Source: Felis catus (Eukaryota). Taken from it: 64,000 nucleotides of DNA. A model generated the notes under the pieces. The model was not told the origin of the DNA. It did not search any database and saw nothing but the letters and a program-made list of their open reading frames with translations. Position 1 is the stretch's first letter. Every line of letters begins with the position of its first letter. A program made the translations under genes and the position numbers. Shown here one piece after another: positions 1 to 11,529 of this stretch. The DNA lies in assembly GCF_018350175.1 (NCBI RefSeq), contig NC_058368.1:192946001-193010000 (forward strand), written 5' to 3'.

Positions 1-134
1 TACCACCTGGGGCGCAGCGCTACCCTGGGCCGGACGACCAGTTCTTTCTGGAAAAAGGAACCTTAAGGAGACCCTGGCCAGAAGCTTGGGAGGTGACTCA
101 CTGGTTCCTGGTTCTGTGACTTTGCCCACTGACA

Positions 135-300
135 AGGGTTCAGGCTCTGAAATCAGAGGTTCAAATCCTGGCTCTGTCGCTGAACACTGTGTGATCTTAG
201 GCAAGTCTCTTAACCTCTCTGAGCGTGTTTTCTCTTCCACAAAATGGACTTAGTTCCTACATCCCAGGTTTGTGTAAGGAGTAAAGAAGCTGTTAAGTGT
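135..300 (+). mobile_element. MIR SINE relic
   Basis: MIR core: gttcaaatcctggctctg...tgtgatcttaggcaagtctcttaacctctctgagc...aaaatgg. Confidence 0.8.
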
Positions 301-406
301 CGGGGGTAGCAAAGGCATGTCCACATGGCCCAGGAAAGTACTGGAGATGGATGAGTAGTCACGTGTGGTGGCCAGCAGGCAAGCACAGTTCTAAAGGGGA
401 GGGTGT

Positions 407-612
407 GGGGCGCCTAGATGGCTAGTCAGTTAACTATTTGACTTGGCTCGGGTCATGATCTCGCGGTTCCTGAGTTTGAGCCCAGAATCCGGTCTGTGCT
501 GACAGCTCGGAGCCTGGAGCCTGCTTCAGATTCTGTGTCTCCCTCCCTCTCTCTCTGCCCCTCCCCTGCTTGCTCCCTGTCTCTCAAAAATGAATAAACA
601 TTAAAAAAAAAA
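407..612 (+). mobile_element. CanSINE (SINEC_Fc-like)
   Basis: ggggcgcc head, ggtcatgatctc, gagcctggagcctgcttcagattctgtgtctccc, (CT)n, aataaa and A tail; no clear TSD. Confidence 0.93.
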
Positions 613-1354
613 TTTTTTTTTAAGGCAAGCTGTCACTGAGTGGCAGCTGACTGTTCTCTTAAGGGAAGGCAGGCCCAGGGATGGCATTTTCCCAATTTTC
701 CCAGAAAAAAATAGAAATTTAGATTTTTTTGTGTAAAACTGCTGAATTTTAGACCTTGGCAGTGAATTCAGTTTTTCAATGCTGTGGATCAAACAAAACA
801 CATCTGGAAGGTCAGAGGCTTGTAACCATAGATATCACGTGACAGTGACTGACACCTAGGCGTCACTCGCTAGGCTTCACGTGGACAAATGAGCATGCCT
901 CTTCCACCTTCCCCCCTTTTCATTCTGTCCTGACCACCCTGTTACCAGGTGAACTCTGAGTTTCCTTCTGAGAGGATCAAGAAATCTTCACAAGCTCACC
1001 CAGCTGAGCCCGATCTCACGATTGCAGGTATCCTGCCCTGCTGTCTCAGACACTTCCCCCCTGCCTGTAGATGTCGTGACAACTCACTACAGGCGGTTAT
1101 GGGCAGCGCGGCAGCTTCAGAAAGTGTGTGTGTCAAGGGGAGGGGCGCCCTTCAAAGATGCCATCTCTGCTTCCTGCCTCTTAAATTCAAAGCTGGCTTC
1201 TCAAGGAGTTTAGGATCTTTGCTCTGGGCGCCTGAGCCACTTTGTAGCAGGATTAATCACTATCTCTGAGAAGAACTCTCCAGGGTTCTGGTGACGTCCT
1301 TGGAAGATACACATCTGGAGTTGGACCAGCTGCCTTTCAGTCCCAGCATGGGTG

Positions 1355-1356
<2 letters not shown>

Positions 1357-1404
<48 letters not shown>
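1357..1404. repeat. (GT)24 microsatellite
   Basis: Uninterrupted GT run seen directly. Confidence 0.98.
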
Positions 1405-1406
<2 letters not shown>

Positions 1407-1489
1407 GGAGCACAGAGGGGTTGGTCTTTAATTTTCTTTTTCTCCCTTTCCTCTTTTCCTCCCTTTCCATTTCCTCCTCCTCCTCCTTT

Positions 1490-1868
1490 TTTTTTTTTTA
1501 ACAAAGGTAGGCTTTTATATAAATGATACACACTTACTGAAAAATTTTTAACTCAGGAAAGTTCAAAGTACCAAGTAAAAAAGCAAAATCAAAACCAAAC
1601 ACAAAACCTTGCTTCTCAGAAAAATCACTGATAACTCAGTATCTTCCCAGATGTCTCTTTATATGTAGGTAAACTGATACAGAAATGAGTATTTAATTTT
1701 ACATAGTTGGGCTCATAAAATATCTGTGCAGTCGTGCAACTTGCTTTTTTCTCTGAAACAGCATGCCTGGGGATATCTTTCCCTGGCAACGTATTCAGAT
1801 CTGCACCGTGGCTGAGCTGCACAACGATTCACGGGCATGCCATAAATTATTTATCAGATCCCTGTTAG
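1490..1868 (-). mobile_element. Ancient L1 (L1ME-type) 3' fragment
   Basis: Degenerate antisense L1ME 3'UTR words (gcaacttgctttttt, gatatctttcc, ccataaattattt) next to a T-rich tail. Confidence 0.55.
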
Positions 1869-1899
1869 GAAGAAGCACCAACTCCCCCTGTTAAGGTCC

Positions 1900-2420
1900 C
1901 CGGAACTTCTCCCGACCCTCCATCCCACGCACGGACATTGGGCCATCCTCCCAACTGGCTTTCCTGCTTGTAGGCCTTCCCTGACAATCCATTCTCACAC
2001 AGCACCCTGAACTGGCTTGTAACCATGGCCAACAGATCATGTCACTCCTTGAATCTCTTCCCATCCCTCAGAATAAATTTCAAATCCTTACTATAGTCTA
2101 ACAACACTAGCATTTTCATGATCTGGCTCTGCCCACCTGACTTCCTCTGACCTCCAAGGTCATTCATTCCTCAACCTCTGGGCTCACAGTTCCCTCTCCT
2201 GGTAAGCCTTTCCCCTACCCGCAATCAATGCTAATCTCTTTGCGCCTCTTTGCCCCATGACTCTGCTTTTTATTGTCTTTATGGCATTTATCACTAAGTG
2301 AAATTTTCTTATTGACTTGTTTCCTTATTATTAGCCCCCAAGGGCGGGGACCTTGATCCCAGCATGTAGAACCCTGCCAGGTCCCAAGGGGTGGGACGGA
2401 ATAATCCTTTGTTGAATAAA
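1900..2420 (+). mobile_element. L2 LINE 3' fragment
   Basis: tccattctcacacagca, gatcatgtcactcct, aataaatttcaaatcctta, ending ttgttgaataaa. Confidence 0.65.
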
Positions 2421-2536
2421 AGAGCTAACCACCTGGCTCTTACAAAACCCAACACTCTTAAAATCCTAAGATTTCTCTGGATTTTCCCCTTTCTCTGGAT
2501 TTTCCTGCATCTCTCCCTTAAAATCATTTTGCTTTT

Positions 2537-2752
2537 ATTTAAATTTTTTTTTTATGTTTCATTTTATTTCTTAGAGAGACAGAGTGCAAGCGGGGGAGGG
2601 GCAAAGAGAGGGGGAGACACAGAATCGGAAGCAGGCTCCAGGCTCTGAGCTGTCAGCACAGAGCCTGACGTGGAGCTTGAACTCACGAACCAAGAGATCA
2701 TGACCTAAGATGAAGTCAGATGCTTAACTGACTGACCCACCCAGCCACCCCC
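2537..2752 (-). mobile_element. CanSINE
   Basis: Antisense SINE body; degenerate TSD aaatcatt(t/c)tg(c/t)ttt on both sides. Confidence 0.93.
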
Positions 2753-3259
2753 AAATCATTCTGTTTTAAGAGTGAGCTTCAGTGTGTCTCTCTGCTCCTT
2801 GCATGCGGAAGAGCCTGGTCCAGAAGTCAGCTCCACCCCTTCTCAGCTTTATCTTCCCTGCTCTCATCCTGGACCTTACTCTTCAGCCAAATGGGGTTCT
2901 CGACCTCCTCCGTACCTGCCTGCCTCTGCCAGAAAGCCTCCTCGCTCTTCTACTTTCTCTCTCTTGCTCTTGGCATCTGGCCTCTGGGACCCAAACTTGA
3001 CCCGTCCTTAGTCTGGCTAGAATGTCACCACTCCTGGGAGCTGGTCCTGTCTTTGGTGGCCAAGAATGATCTTTTCGCTCTCCTCTGTACTCAGGTGACC
3101 CTTTCTCTTTTCCACCCTTGAGACAGCACGTTATGCCTTCCAACATTGCCATTTGTATCCCTCACTTAATCTTTCCTACCAGATTGTGAGTTCCTTGCCA
3201 GCAGAGATTATGGCCTGTTCACTTTTTATAACAGTTAACATCGAGAAAATGCCTTGCAT

Positions 3260-3420
3260 ACATTAGCTCCTTTAATCCTCACCAGGACACTCTGAGTTGG
3301 GAACTGTAAGTAACCTCCTTTCACAGATGAGGAGGCTCTGGGAGTGTAAGAAACTTGCCAAATATTACACAGCTAGGACGTGCGGAAGCTAGGATTGGAA
3401 CCCACAGCCTGAAGCCTTAA
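3260..3420 (-). mobile_element. MIR relic
   Basis: tttaatcctcacc...ttcacagatgaggagg...acttgccaaatattacacagcta. Confidence 0.7.
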
Positions 3421-4300
3421 CGGTGAAGCCAAAGCAGTTCGTCTTGGTGCATGTGGCAAAAACCCTTCCGTTGTTTTCCTTCTCTCTGGGCAGTAGCTAC
3501 CGGCTCTCAGCTCCCAAACCCTAGGGCCTTTGAAGTGCAGACCAACAGGGATACTGTTAGTGTTCAGGAAAACAAATCAAAGGACCCAATGCTTGAATCA
3601 AAATCTGAGTGTCTGCCTGCGGGGCTCTGCATTGTTACTCGCTGATGACTCAAGAGTCAGGCTGGAGGAGCCAGGCAGGGAATGGTGATTTCTAGGACAC
3701 TGTTGCACTGAAGAGTTTCTCTAAATTATGGCCATGCGTCCACCTCTCCCTCCTCGTCCAGCTGGAAATACATTCGGCAACTTCTGATACTTTTTGTGAC
3801 TCTCTGCCCTTCCCCACCCCTTCGCCTTCTTTACCCGCAACCTCCCCCCGTCAACCACTTTCGTTGCTGTTCCTTTTCTCTTCCATTAGCCCTCTCCTCT
3901 TTCCCGAAGTTTACCTCTCAGTGATCTCTCAATGATCAATGTCCTTGAGAAAATGTGTGACTTTGGGCACAGCCTTGGCACTGCACCCCTGAGTAGCCAT
4001 TTCTGCCTCTTCAGTAAATAAGGAGGTAGGTTGGATCACTGATGAGGAATTGGTGGCCCAGAGAGGGAATGTACTCTGCCTAAGGTCACACAGCAAGTGG
4101 ATGGCTGACCCTGAACCTATAAAAAAGTACAAAGAGCATCAGTGAGCCCTCGTGGACCCAGCACCCAGGCCCCACAATTAGCAGCTCATGGCCAATCTCA
4201 TTTCATTACTCTCATCAACTTCTCCTCCCCCAGATTACTTTGGAAAATTTCAGAAATAATATATTGTGATATATTGTTTAAATGGGCCAACGATAGCCTC

Positions 4301-4780
4301 TGTGTATTACTTGTTTATTTCTTCACTGCAGACTGAGACTCATTAGCCTAAAAGCCTACGGGAGCCAAGCTCAAGTTTTTACACATCTAATTCTTTTCAA
4401 AACATCCCCAACAAGCAGATTTTTAGCCACTTAGAGCCTGCCTGCTTTGCACACCTCTGATACCTCACTCAGCATCTGCCAACTGTTGATAAGATAGAGC
4501 CTCAGGGTCATGAGACCCCAAGATGCCCCTCCGAGTTGTCTGACCCAGAGACTCCCCATGGTACTGATGAGCAACAGACATCATCTGGATACTTAGGCCC
4601 CTTTCTGATCTCCCACTCCCCTGCATGTTCCCTTGCCCCCTCCCTGCCCTGAGCTCTGGATGGTCTTGTGTTGAGATAGACTTCCCCCGCCTGCCAATAA
4701 AGCTTGTTGTATGTTAATGCTTCTCGTGGTCATTTGTTTTTCCTTGATCAGTCCCCAAACACTTTAACCCCTCTATAATT
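4301..4780 (+). mobile_element. Solo LTR, ERVL-type (MER74/MER54-like; subfamily uncertain)
   Basis: Starts TGTG, ~480 bp, aataaa near 4696, compositionally distinct block interrupting the L1MC. Confidence 0.55.
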
Positions 4781-5253
4781 ATTTCTCTCCCTCTCTCACC
4801 TTGCAATTTGTTTGTTGAAGAATTAAGTTGCACTATAGAGTTAGTTTCCCATAGAGAAATGAGTTTTACAGAGTGTACTCCTATGGTGTTGTTTAACATG
4901 TGCCTCTGTCCTTTGTAGTTAGATCCAGAGGCTTGATCAGATTCAGTTTCAATCTTTTTCATCAAGCCTGTTTCATAGGTGGTGCCTGATTCTTTCACTA
5001 GGAGGTTCCTATTATCTAACTGATTTGTTTGGAATGTTAACAGCTGTTGTTACCCATTGCCAGACTCGTGAATTCATTAGGATTGCAAAGTGGTAATACT
5101 CTTCATTTATTATCTGGAGTGTTTCTAGAAAAAGAAATGTCTCCTCACTTACTATTAGTCTTTCATGATACCTTTTGAATACAGAATGCAGGATAATTGC
5201 TTGATTCTTTCCATTTCTTCACCAATTTTCAACTTTCCAAAGTTGATGATCTT

Positions 5254-5438
5254 GGGGTGCCTGGGTGGCCCAGTTGCTTAAGCATCTGACTCTTGATTTT
5301 GGCTTAGGTCATGATCTCACAGTCCTGAGACTGAGCCCCGTGTTAGGCTCTGAGATGAATGTGGAGCCTGGTTGGGATTCTCTCTCTCCCTCTCTCTCTG
5401 TCTCTCTCTCTCAAAATAAATAAATAAACATTTAAAAA
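5254..5438 (+). mobile_element. CanSINE (older type)
   Basis: ggggtgcctgggtggc head, (CT)n, A tail; TSD ttgatgatctt. Confidence 0.92.
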
Positions 5439-6453
5439 GAATTGATGATCTTGCCTCCTCCACGGCGTTCAAGCAGTCTTATTTTGTCTTAACGTCATAA
5501 CGAATCCATGGATTTAAACATATTGAATATGCACTAATCCATTGCAATTATTATCCTTATTAATGCCCTAATTATTCCATATTTGGCTGGTGGAAATGTC
5601 TTTGTCAAGTGGATTGCTGGTCCCTTTGACATATCCCTAGTAGTTTTTGGTAGTTTTGTTTTCAGGAATAAGATGTTCTAGGCTCATATTGTGCAGTTTT
5701 TTATTATCTCTGACCTGAATCAACCACTTTCCAAGAATCCCTAGTTCCTTGTGGTGGGAAATGGTATTTTAAGACCATAGTATGGTTATTAAGGGAGCTT
5801 ATTGGCACTGGCTGGCTATTATTTTTAAGCCTTTTCAGTAGATAGAGCTTGAAAAACTTTTTAAGGATAAAGTACGTCATGTGTTCAAAAGCAATTCTTT
5901 CTATTTAAATTCAGTACTTTAGGATTTTTTTACTTAACCTTTTTTTTACTTAACCTTTTAAAAATTTTCCACCAGTGTGTCCTTTCTCCTAAGTTGAGAA
6001 TCCAGGTTCTCAGTGACAATGATAATGATAGCATTAGAATTCACTTAACTACTCATTTTCTTTATCCCACAATACAGTTTGAAAATGACAATACCAACAG
6101 TATCACCAACAATGTGATCACTGGAGAGAGCTTATGGTTTTTCTCTTGCAATTATTTTTGTCCTTGGAGTGTATACTATTAAGGATGTAGAGTCAAATTA
6201 TTGTGTTTTAAAGTCACTTGGAATATTTCTCCATAAATGGTTATGCCACCAAATATATATTTAATTAAGTTCATTTAAAATTTTTATTTCTATTTTTTAA
6301 ATTGAGCTATAATTTACACAGTAAAATGCTCAGATCTTAAAGTTTTTCAAATGGTCTTATGTTTGATGACCCTTGACAAATGCATATACCCGTGTAACTC
6401 ATACCCCTGGCAAGATATAAATTGTTCCACAGATCAGAAAGTTCCTTTCTATC

Positions 6454-7370
6454 TGTGAAATAATAACTATATACAGATACATATATATCTCTCTCTATAT
6501 TATATATATAGATATCTGTCTCCAGTTCATGAGACAGAGCTCTTAAAAACCTTCTAAATAGGGGTTCTAGGAACACCTTTTGTTGTAATAATTTAGTCTT
6601 CAACCTCAGTTCCTAACACAGAGCTCCTAAATCCCTTGGGATTTTCTGGGTAATAGGAACAGCTTTCATCCTGGTAAGGGAACTCTTGGTGAGCTCCTTG
6701 ATGGGGGGGGGGGCTTGTCACCCCAGGAAACATTTTAAATGTCACCCCAGGAAGAGCAACCCATAATTAGAAGCTTGGTACTTGCCGCCCCATCCCCCAT
6801 TCTCCAGAGTGGAGGGGGGCTGGAAATTGAGTTAATAACTGATCATACCTATGCGATGAAGCTTCCATAGAAATCCCAAAAGTATGGGGCTCAGAGAGCT
6901 TCTAGGTTGATGAACACATCTATGAGCCAGGAGGGTGACGCACCCCAACTGCACAGAGACAGAAGCTCCCATGCTTCCGGACCTTGTCCAAAGCATCTCT
7001 TCATCTGGCTATTTGTCGATATACTTTACAATAAACTGGTAAACATAGGTAGCTATTTCCCTGGGTTCTGAGAGCCGTTCTAGCAAATTGTTGAACCCAA
7101 AGAGAGGGCTATGGGAATGTAAATCATAGCCTAGCTGTTGTGCCAGAAGTACAGGTGACAACCCAGGACTTGCAATTGGCATCTGAAGTGGAGGCAGCCT
7201 TGTGGGATCATCTGACACTAAATCCAGGTGGACGGTGTCAGAGCTGAATTGAGTTGTAGGACATCCAGATGGTGTTGGAGAATTGGTCCTTGTGAGGAAA
7301 ACCCCACATATCTTGTGTCAGAAGTATTGCAAGTGTGAGAATAAAGGAAAACAGGATTTTTTCCTAGACA
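6454..7370 (+). mobile_element. MER21-family solo LTR
   Basis: TG...CA ends; cacagagctcctaaatcccttggg, gggttctgagagccgttctagcaaatt, tgcaattggcatctgaagtgg; aataaa near 7030. Confidence 0.8.
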
Positions 7371-7926
7371 TCTGTCATTCCTTTACCCCATGCTCATCCC
7401 CAAGCAGCCATTGCTCTGGTATCTTTCACCATAGATCAGTTTGCCTGTGGAATTTTACATAAATAGATTCATAGAGTGTGAACTCCTTTATTTTTGGCTC
7501 CTTTCACTCAGCCTAATGTTTTTGAAATTCATCCATGTCGTATGTTTCAGTAGTTTGTTCCTTTGTATTGCCGAATAGTGTTCCATTTATGAACATTTCA
7601 TCACTTATTTACCCATGCTCCTGGTGATGGACAGTTGAATTGCCTCCCAGTTTCGGTTATTATAAATAAAGCTGCCAGGACATTCTCATGCATAGTCTTT
7701 TTGGGAGTACTCTTATGTATATACCTAAGAGTGTAATTGCTGGGTAGGTGCCTATTTACCTTTATGAGAAACTGCCAGACCATTTTCTCAAGTGGTTGAC
7801 CGATTTTACAGTGTTGTCAGCAATAGATGGTAGTTCTAGGAACTCCACATTCTTGCAACATTTGAAATTGTCAATCTTTTCAATTTTATCTGCTTGAAGG
7901 ACTTACACTTATACCTCATTATGGTT

Positions 7927-8130
7927 TAAAATTTTTTTTTCAACGTTTTTATTTATTTTTGGGACAGAGAGAGAGACAGAGCATGAACGGGGGAGGGGCA
8001 GAGAGAGAGGGGGACACAGAATCGGAAACAGGCTCCAGGCTCTGAGCCATCAGCCCAGAGCCGACGCGGGGCTCGAACTCACGGACCGCGAGATCGTGAC
8101 CTGGCTGAAGTCGGACGCTTAACCGACTGC
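7927..8130 (-). mobile_element. Young SINEC_Fc lacking ~16 nt of its 5' end
   Basis: Near-identical to copies at 10188, 16892 and 56862 but ends at ccgactgc. Confidence 0.95.
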
Positions 8131-9920
8131 TACATTTCCCTAATGATTAATACTACGAGCACTTTTTCAGTTGTTTATCAGTCATTTGTCTATCTTCCCC
8201 TGGAAGGTGTCCAATTGTTTTGCCATTTTGGAAAAACTGAATTGTTCTGGCTGTTGAGTTATAAGAGTTCTTTACATATTCTAGATAAAAATCCTTTGGT
8301 AGATATTTGTATTGTGAACATTTTCTCCTCGTTGTGGCTTGCTTTTTTATTCTCTTAGTGGTGTCTTTTGATGAGCAGAAGTTTTTGATTTTGAGAAAGA
8401 TGAATATATCAATATTTTATGATTAGTGTTTTCTGTGTCCTGTCCAAGAAATCTTTGACGACTTCAGCTTGATTAAGCGTACTATTTGCAAAGCATGTCT
8501 TTCCAGATTTCTTTATTTTCAATCTTATCTTTTGCTTGCTTATTTATTTATGCTTTTTATATTTAAAGAGCATTTCTTGATGACAGCATGTACTTGGGTC
8601 TTGCTTTTTTTTAATCGATTTTTAAAATTTCTGCCTTTAAATTGGAGTGTTTGGTCTTATTTAAATTTAATGTAAAACATATAGTTATCGATACGGTTAG
8701 CTTGGGGCCTATCATCTTGCTATTTGCCTTATATTTGCCCATATGCCCTTCCTTTTTGCCTCTTTTCCTGTATTCTTTTAAATTAATTATTTTCACTATT
8801 CTATTTTATCTCCTCTGTTGGCTTTCTAGCTAGACTTCTCTGTTTTATATTTAATGGTCGATTTATGAAAACAATATGCATCCTTAACCTGTCATAGCCT
8901 ACTTAGAGTTAAGATTGTATCAATTTCACACGTAATATAACAAATTTACACCATGTATATTTCCACTTAACCTCTACTCATTCTTTCCGTGATTAGCATA
9001 TGTTTTGCTTCCACATGTTATAAATTTCACAACACATTATCGCTTTTGCTTTAAACCACCCATTATGTTTTCAAAAATTAAAAAAATCAAGGAGGGAAAG
9101 GGCTTTTATATCTCCTTACGTATTTACCATTTTCAGCTCTTTGTTTTTTTCAGCTAGATCCACGTATCATCTGAAGAACCTCAGTATTTCTCCCAGTGAT
9201 GATCCACTTTGTTCTTCTGAAAATGTTTTCAGTTTGCTTTCATTTCTGAAGATTATTTCCCTGGATATAGAATTCTAGATTAACAGCCTTGTTTCTTCCC
9301 CTTTCTCTCAACACTTTCAATATGTCATTATATATTTTTTTCCTTGACTTACATTGTTTTTAATAATAATAAAAAAAAGGTAGGTAGTTTTCCATTTTTA
9401 TCCAGCATATAATGTATCTTTTGGCCTTGGCTGCTTTTAAGATGTTCTTTGTATCTTTGGTTCAAGCAATTTGATCCATAATGTGCCTACATGCTCTGCT
9501 CCCCGTGTTTATCCTGCATTGAAGTTCAAGCTCTTTGAAGTAAACTGATATTTGACAAATTTGGAAAAAATAAATTGGCCATTATTTTTTCAAATATTTT
9601 TTCTTTCTTAGTCTCTCATCTACTTCTGGAGCCCTAATTGCACACATGTTAGACTGTATGATATTATCCCAATAGTTAGCTTTTTAGCTTTACTTTGGAT
9701 CGAGTCTATTGTCATAAATTCAAGTCCATTGATCTTTTCTTCTGCAGTGCCCAATTTAGCTTATCAGCTGAATTTTTTTTTATTTCAGATATTTTACTTT
9801 TTGGTTCTAGAATTTCCATTTTTTTTAAGTTTCCATTTCTATACTGATATTCCTCCATAGTTTCACTCATTATATCTTTCTTTTCTTTGAAATAAAAAAA
9901 AAAAACACAACAACATTTTC

Positions 9921-10166
9921 TGGCTCCTGGGTGGCTCAGTCAGTTAAGCGTCCAATTTTGGCTCAGGTCATAATCTCGCAGTTCGTGAGTTCGAATCCTG
10001 AGTCAGGCTCTGTGCTGACAGCTCAGAGCCTGGAGCCTGCTTCAGATTCTGTGTCTCCCTCTCTCTGCCCCTCCCCTGCTTGTGCTCTCTCTCTTTGTCT
10101 GTCTGTGTGTCTGTCTGTCTCTCTCTCTCAAGAATAAACATTTAAAAATAAAAAAAAATAAAAAAA
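9921..10166 (+). mobile_element. CanSINE
   Basis: cctgggtggctcagtcagttaagcg head, body, (CT)n, A tail. Confidence 0.95.
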
Positions 10167-10187
10167 CATATTTATAATAGCTTATTT

Positions 10188-10404
10188 AAAAAATTTTTTT
10201 TCAACGTTTATTTATTTTTGGGACAGAGAGAGACAGAGCATGAACGGGGGAGGGGCAGAGAGAGAGGGAGACACAGAATCGGAAACAGGCTCCAGGCTCC
10301 GAGCCATCAGCCCAGAGCCCGACGCGGGGCTCGAACTCACGGACCGCGAGATCGTGACCTGGCTGAAGTCGGACGCTTAACCAACTGCGCCACCCAGGCA
10401 CCCC
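10188..10404 (-). mobile_element. Young SINEC_Fc
   Basis: Full length, CpGs retained, perfect 15-bp TSD tataatagcttattt (10173-10187 / 10405-10419). Confidence 0.97.
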
Positions 10405-11292
10405 TATAATAGCTTATTTTAAAGTGTCTACTAATTACACCACCTCTGTCATCTCTAGATCTGCTTCTCTTAATTACTATTGATTATTTTTCCTAGTTGT
10501 ACTCTCCTTTTCTTTTTTTTCCCACATGATTAATAACTTTTGATTGTATGGTGGATATTGTGGATGCTATAATGTGGAGTCTAGGATTTGGTGTCTTCAT
10601 TTAAAGGGTTTTGAAAAAAAATTATTTTTCTGGCAGGCAGTTAATTTACTAGTGGATCAGCTGGATCATTTAAAAGCTTGTTTTTAAGCTTTGTAAAGGT
10701 ATGTCTATAGCCATCCTTACTCTGGGGCTATGGTAGCCCTATACTCCAGGGGGTGGCTTTGCCAGTATCTCAGTTGAATGCCAGGAGGGTTCAGTAGGGC
10801 TCTCTGCTCTGGATGATCACACATCATATGCCTCCCAGAGCTATGACTTTTGGAATCTGCATTCAGCTCACTGTTCCTTTGTAGCTGTTCTCTGCCAGGA
10901 TTTCTAGAATCCAGTACTGTGCATTTACTCTTTGTATTTAGCTAAGACTTAAGGGGACTCCTATGTAGATTTCAAAGCTCTTTCTATGCTTAAGGCCCTC
11001 CTGTCTGGTACCTAGTCCTGCAACTCCCAACTGACTCAGCAGCTGAATTCTAATGTCTACCCCCTCATCTCAGCAAGACTGCTTTGCTCTGCTTGGAGTC
11101 CCCCTCCCTGTGCTGCATGGTCTAGAGCAATACCTCCAAGCAGAGAGCCAGGGCAATTTCTCTAACGGATCCCAGTCCTCAAATGGCTGGTGTGCAACAT
11201 CTAAAAACAGTTACTTTGTTTGCTTTCCGTGTGGTTGAAAGTCTGGTCCAGTCTCAGTTATACTGTCATTGCCTGAAGCAGAAGTCGTATTT

Positions 11293-11509
11293 AAAAAAGT
11301 TTTTTTTAATGTTTATTTATTTTTGAGAGAGAGAGTGAGACAGAGCGTGAGCGAGGGAGGGCCAGAGAGAGGGAGACACAGAATTGGAAGCAGGCCCCAG
11401 GCCCCGAGCTGTCAGCACAGAGCCTGATGTGGGTCTCCAACCATGAACCGTGAGAACATGACCTGAGCCAAAGTCAGACACCTAACCGACTGAGCCATCC
11501 AGGCGCCCC
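11293..11509 (-). mobile_element. CanSINE
   Basis: Full length; TSD gcagaagtc(g/a)tattt (11278-11292 / 11510-11524). Confidence 0.95.
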
Positions 11510-11529
11510 GCAGAAGTCATATTTAAAAA

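Larger units (their letters stand above)
4125..6290 (-). mobile_element. L1MC4/L1MC5-like LINE 3' part (interrupted by an LTR and a SINE)
   Basis: Antisense L1MC 3'UTR words: ctcatggccaatct, cccagattacttt, gttagatccagaggcttgatcagattcag, gatgttctaggctcat. Confidence 0.65.
6290..8460 (-). mobile_element. Ancient L1 (L1MB-like) 3'UTR and ORF2 end, interrupted by MER21 and a SINE
   Basis: aattgagctataatttaca, ctcctttcactcagcctaatg, aactgccagaccattttc, tttgatgagcagaagttttt. Confidence 0.75.
8462..11286 (-). mobile_element. Ancient L1 5' portion (endonuclease start, ORF1 region, 5'UTR), degenerate
   Basis: Antisense L1 words: ggatatagaattctag, ggctgcttttaagatgttc, aaatttggaaaa...ggccattatt, tcaagtccattgatcttttcttctgcag; ends gcctgaagcagaagtc. 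Confidence 0.7.
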
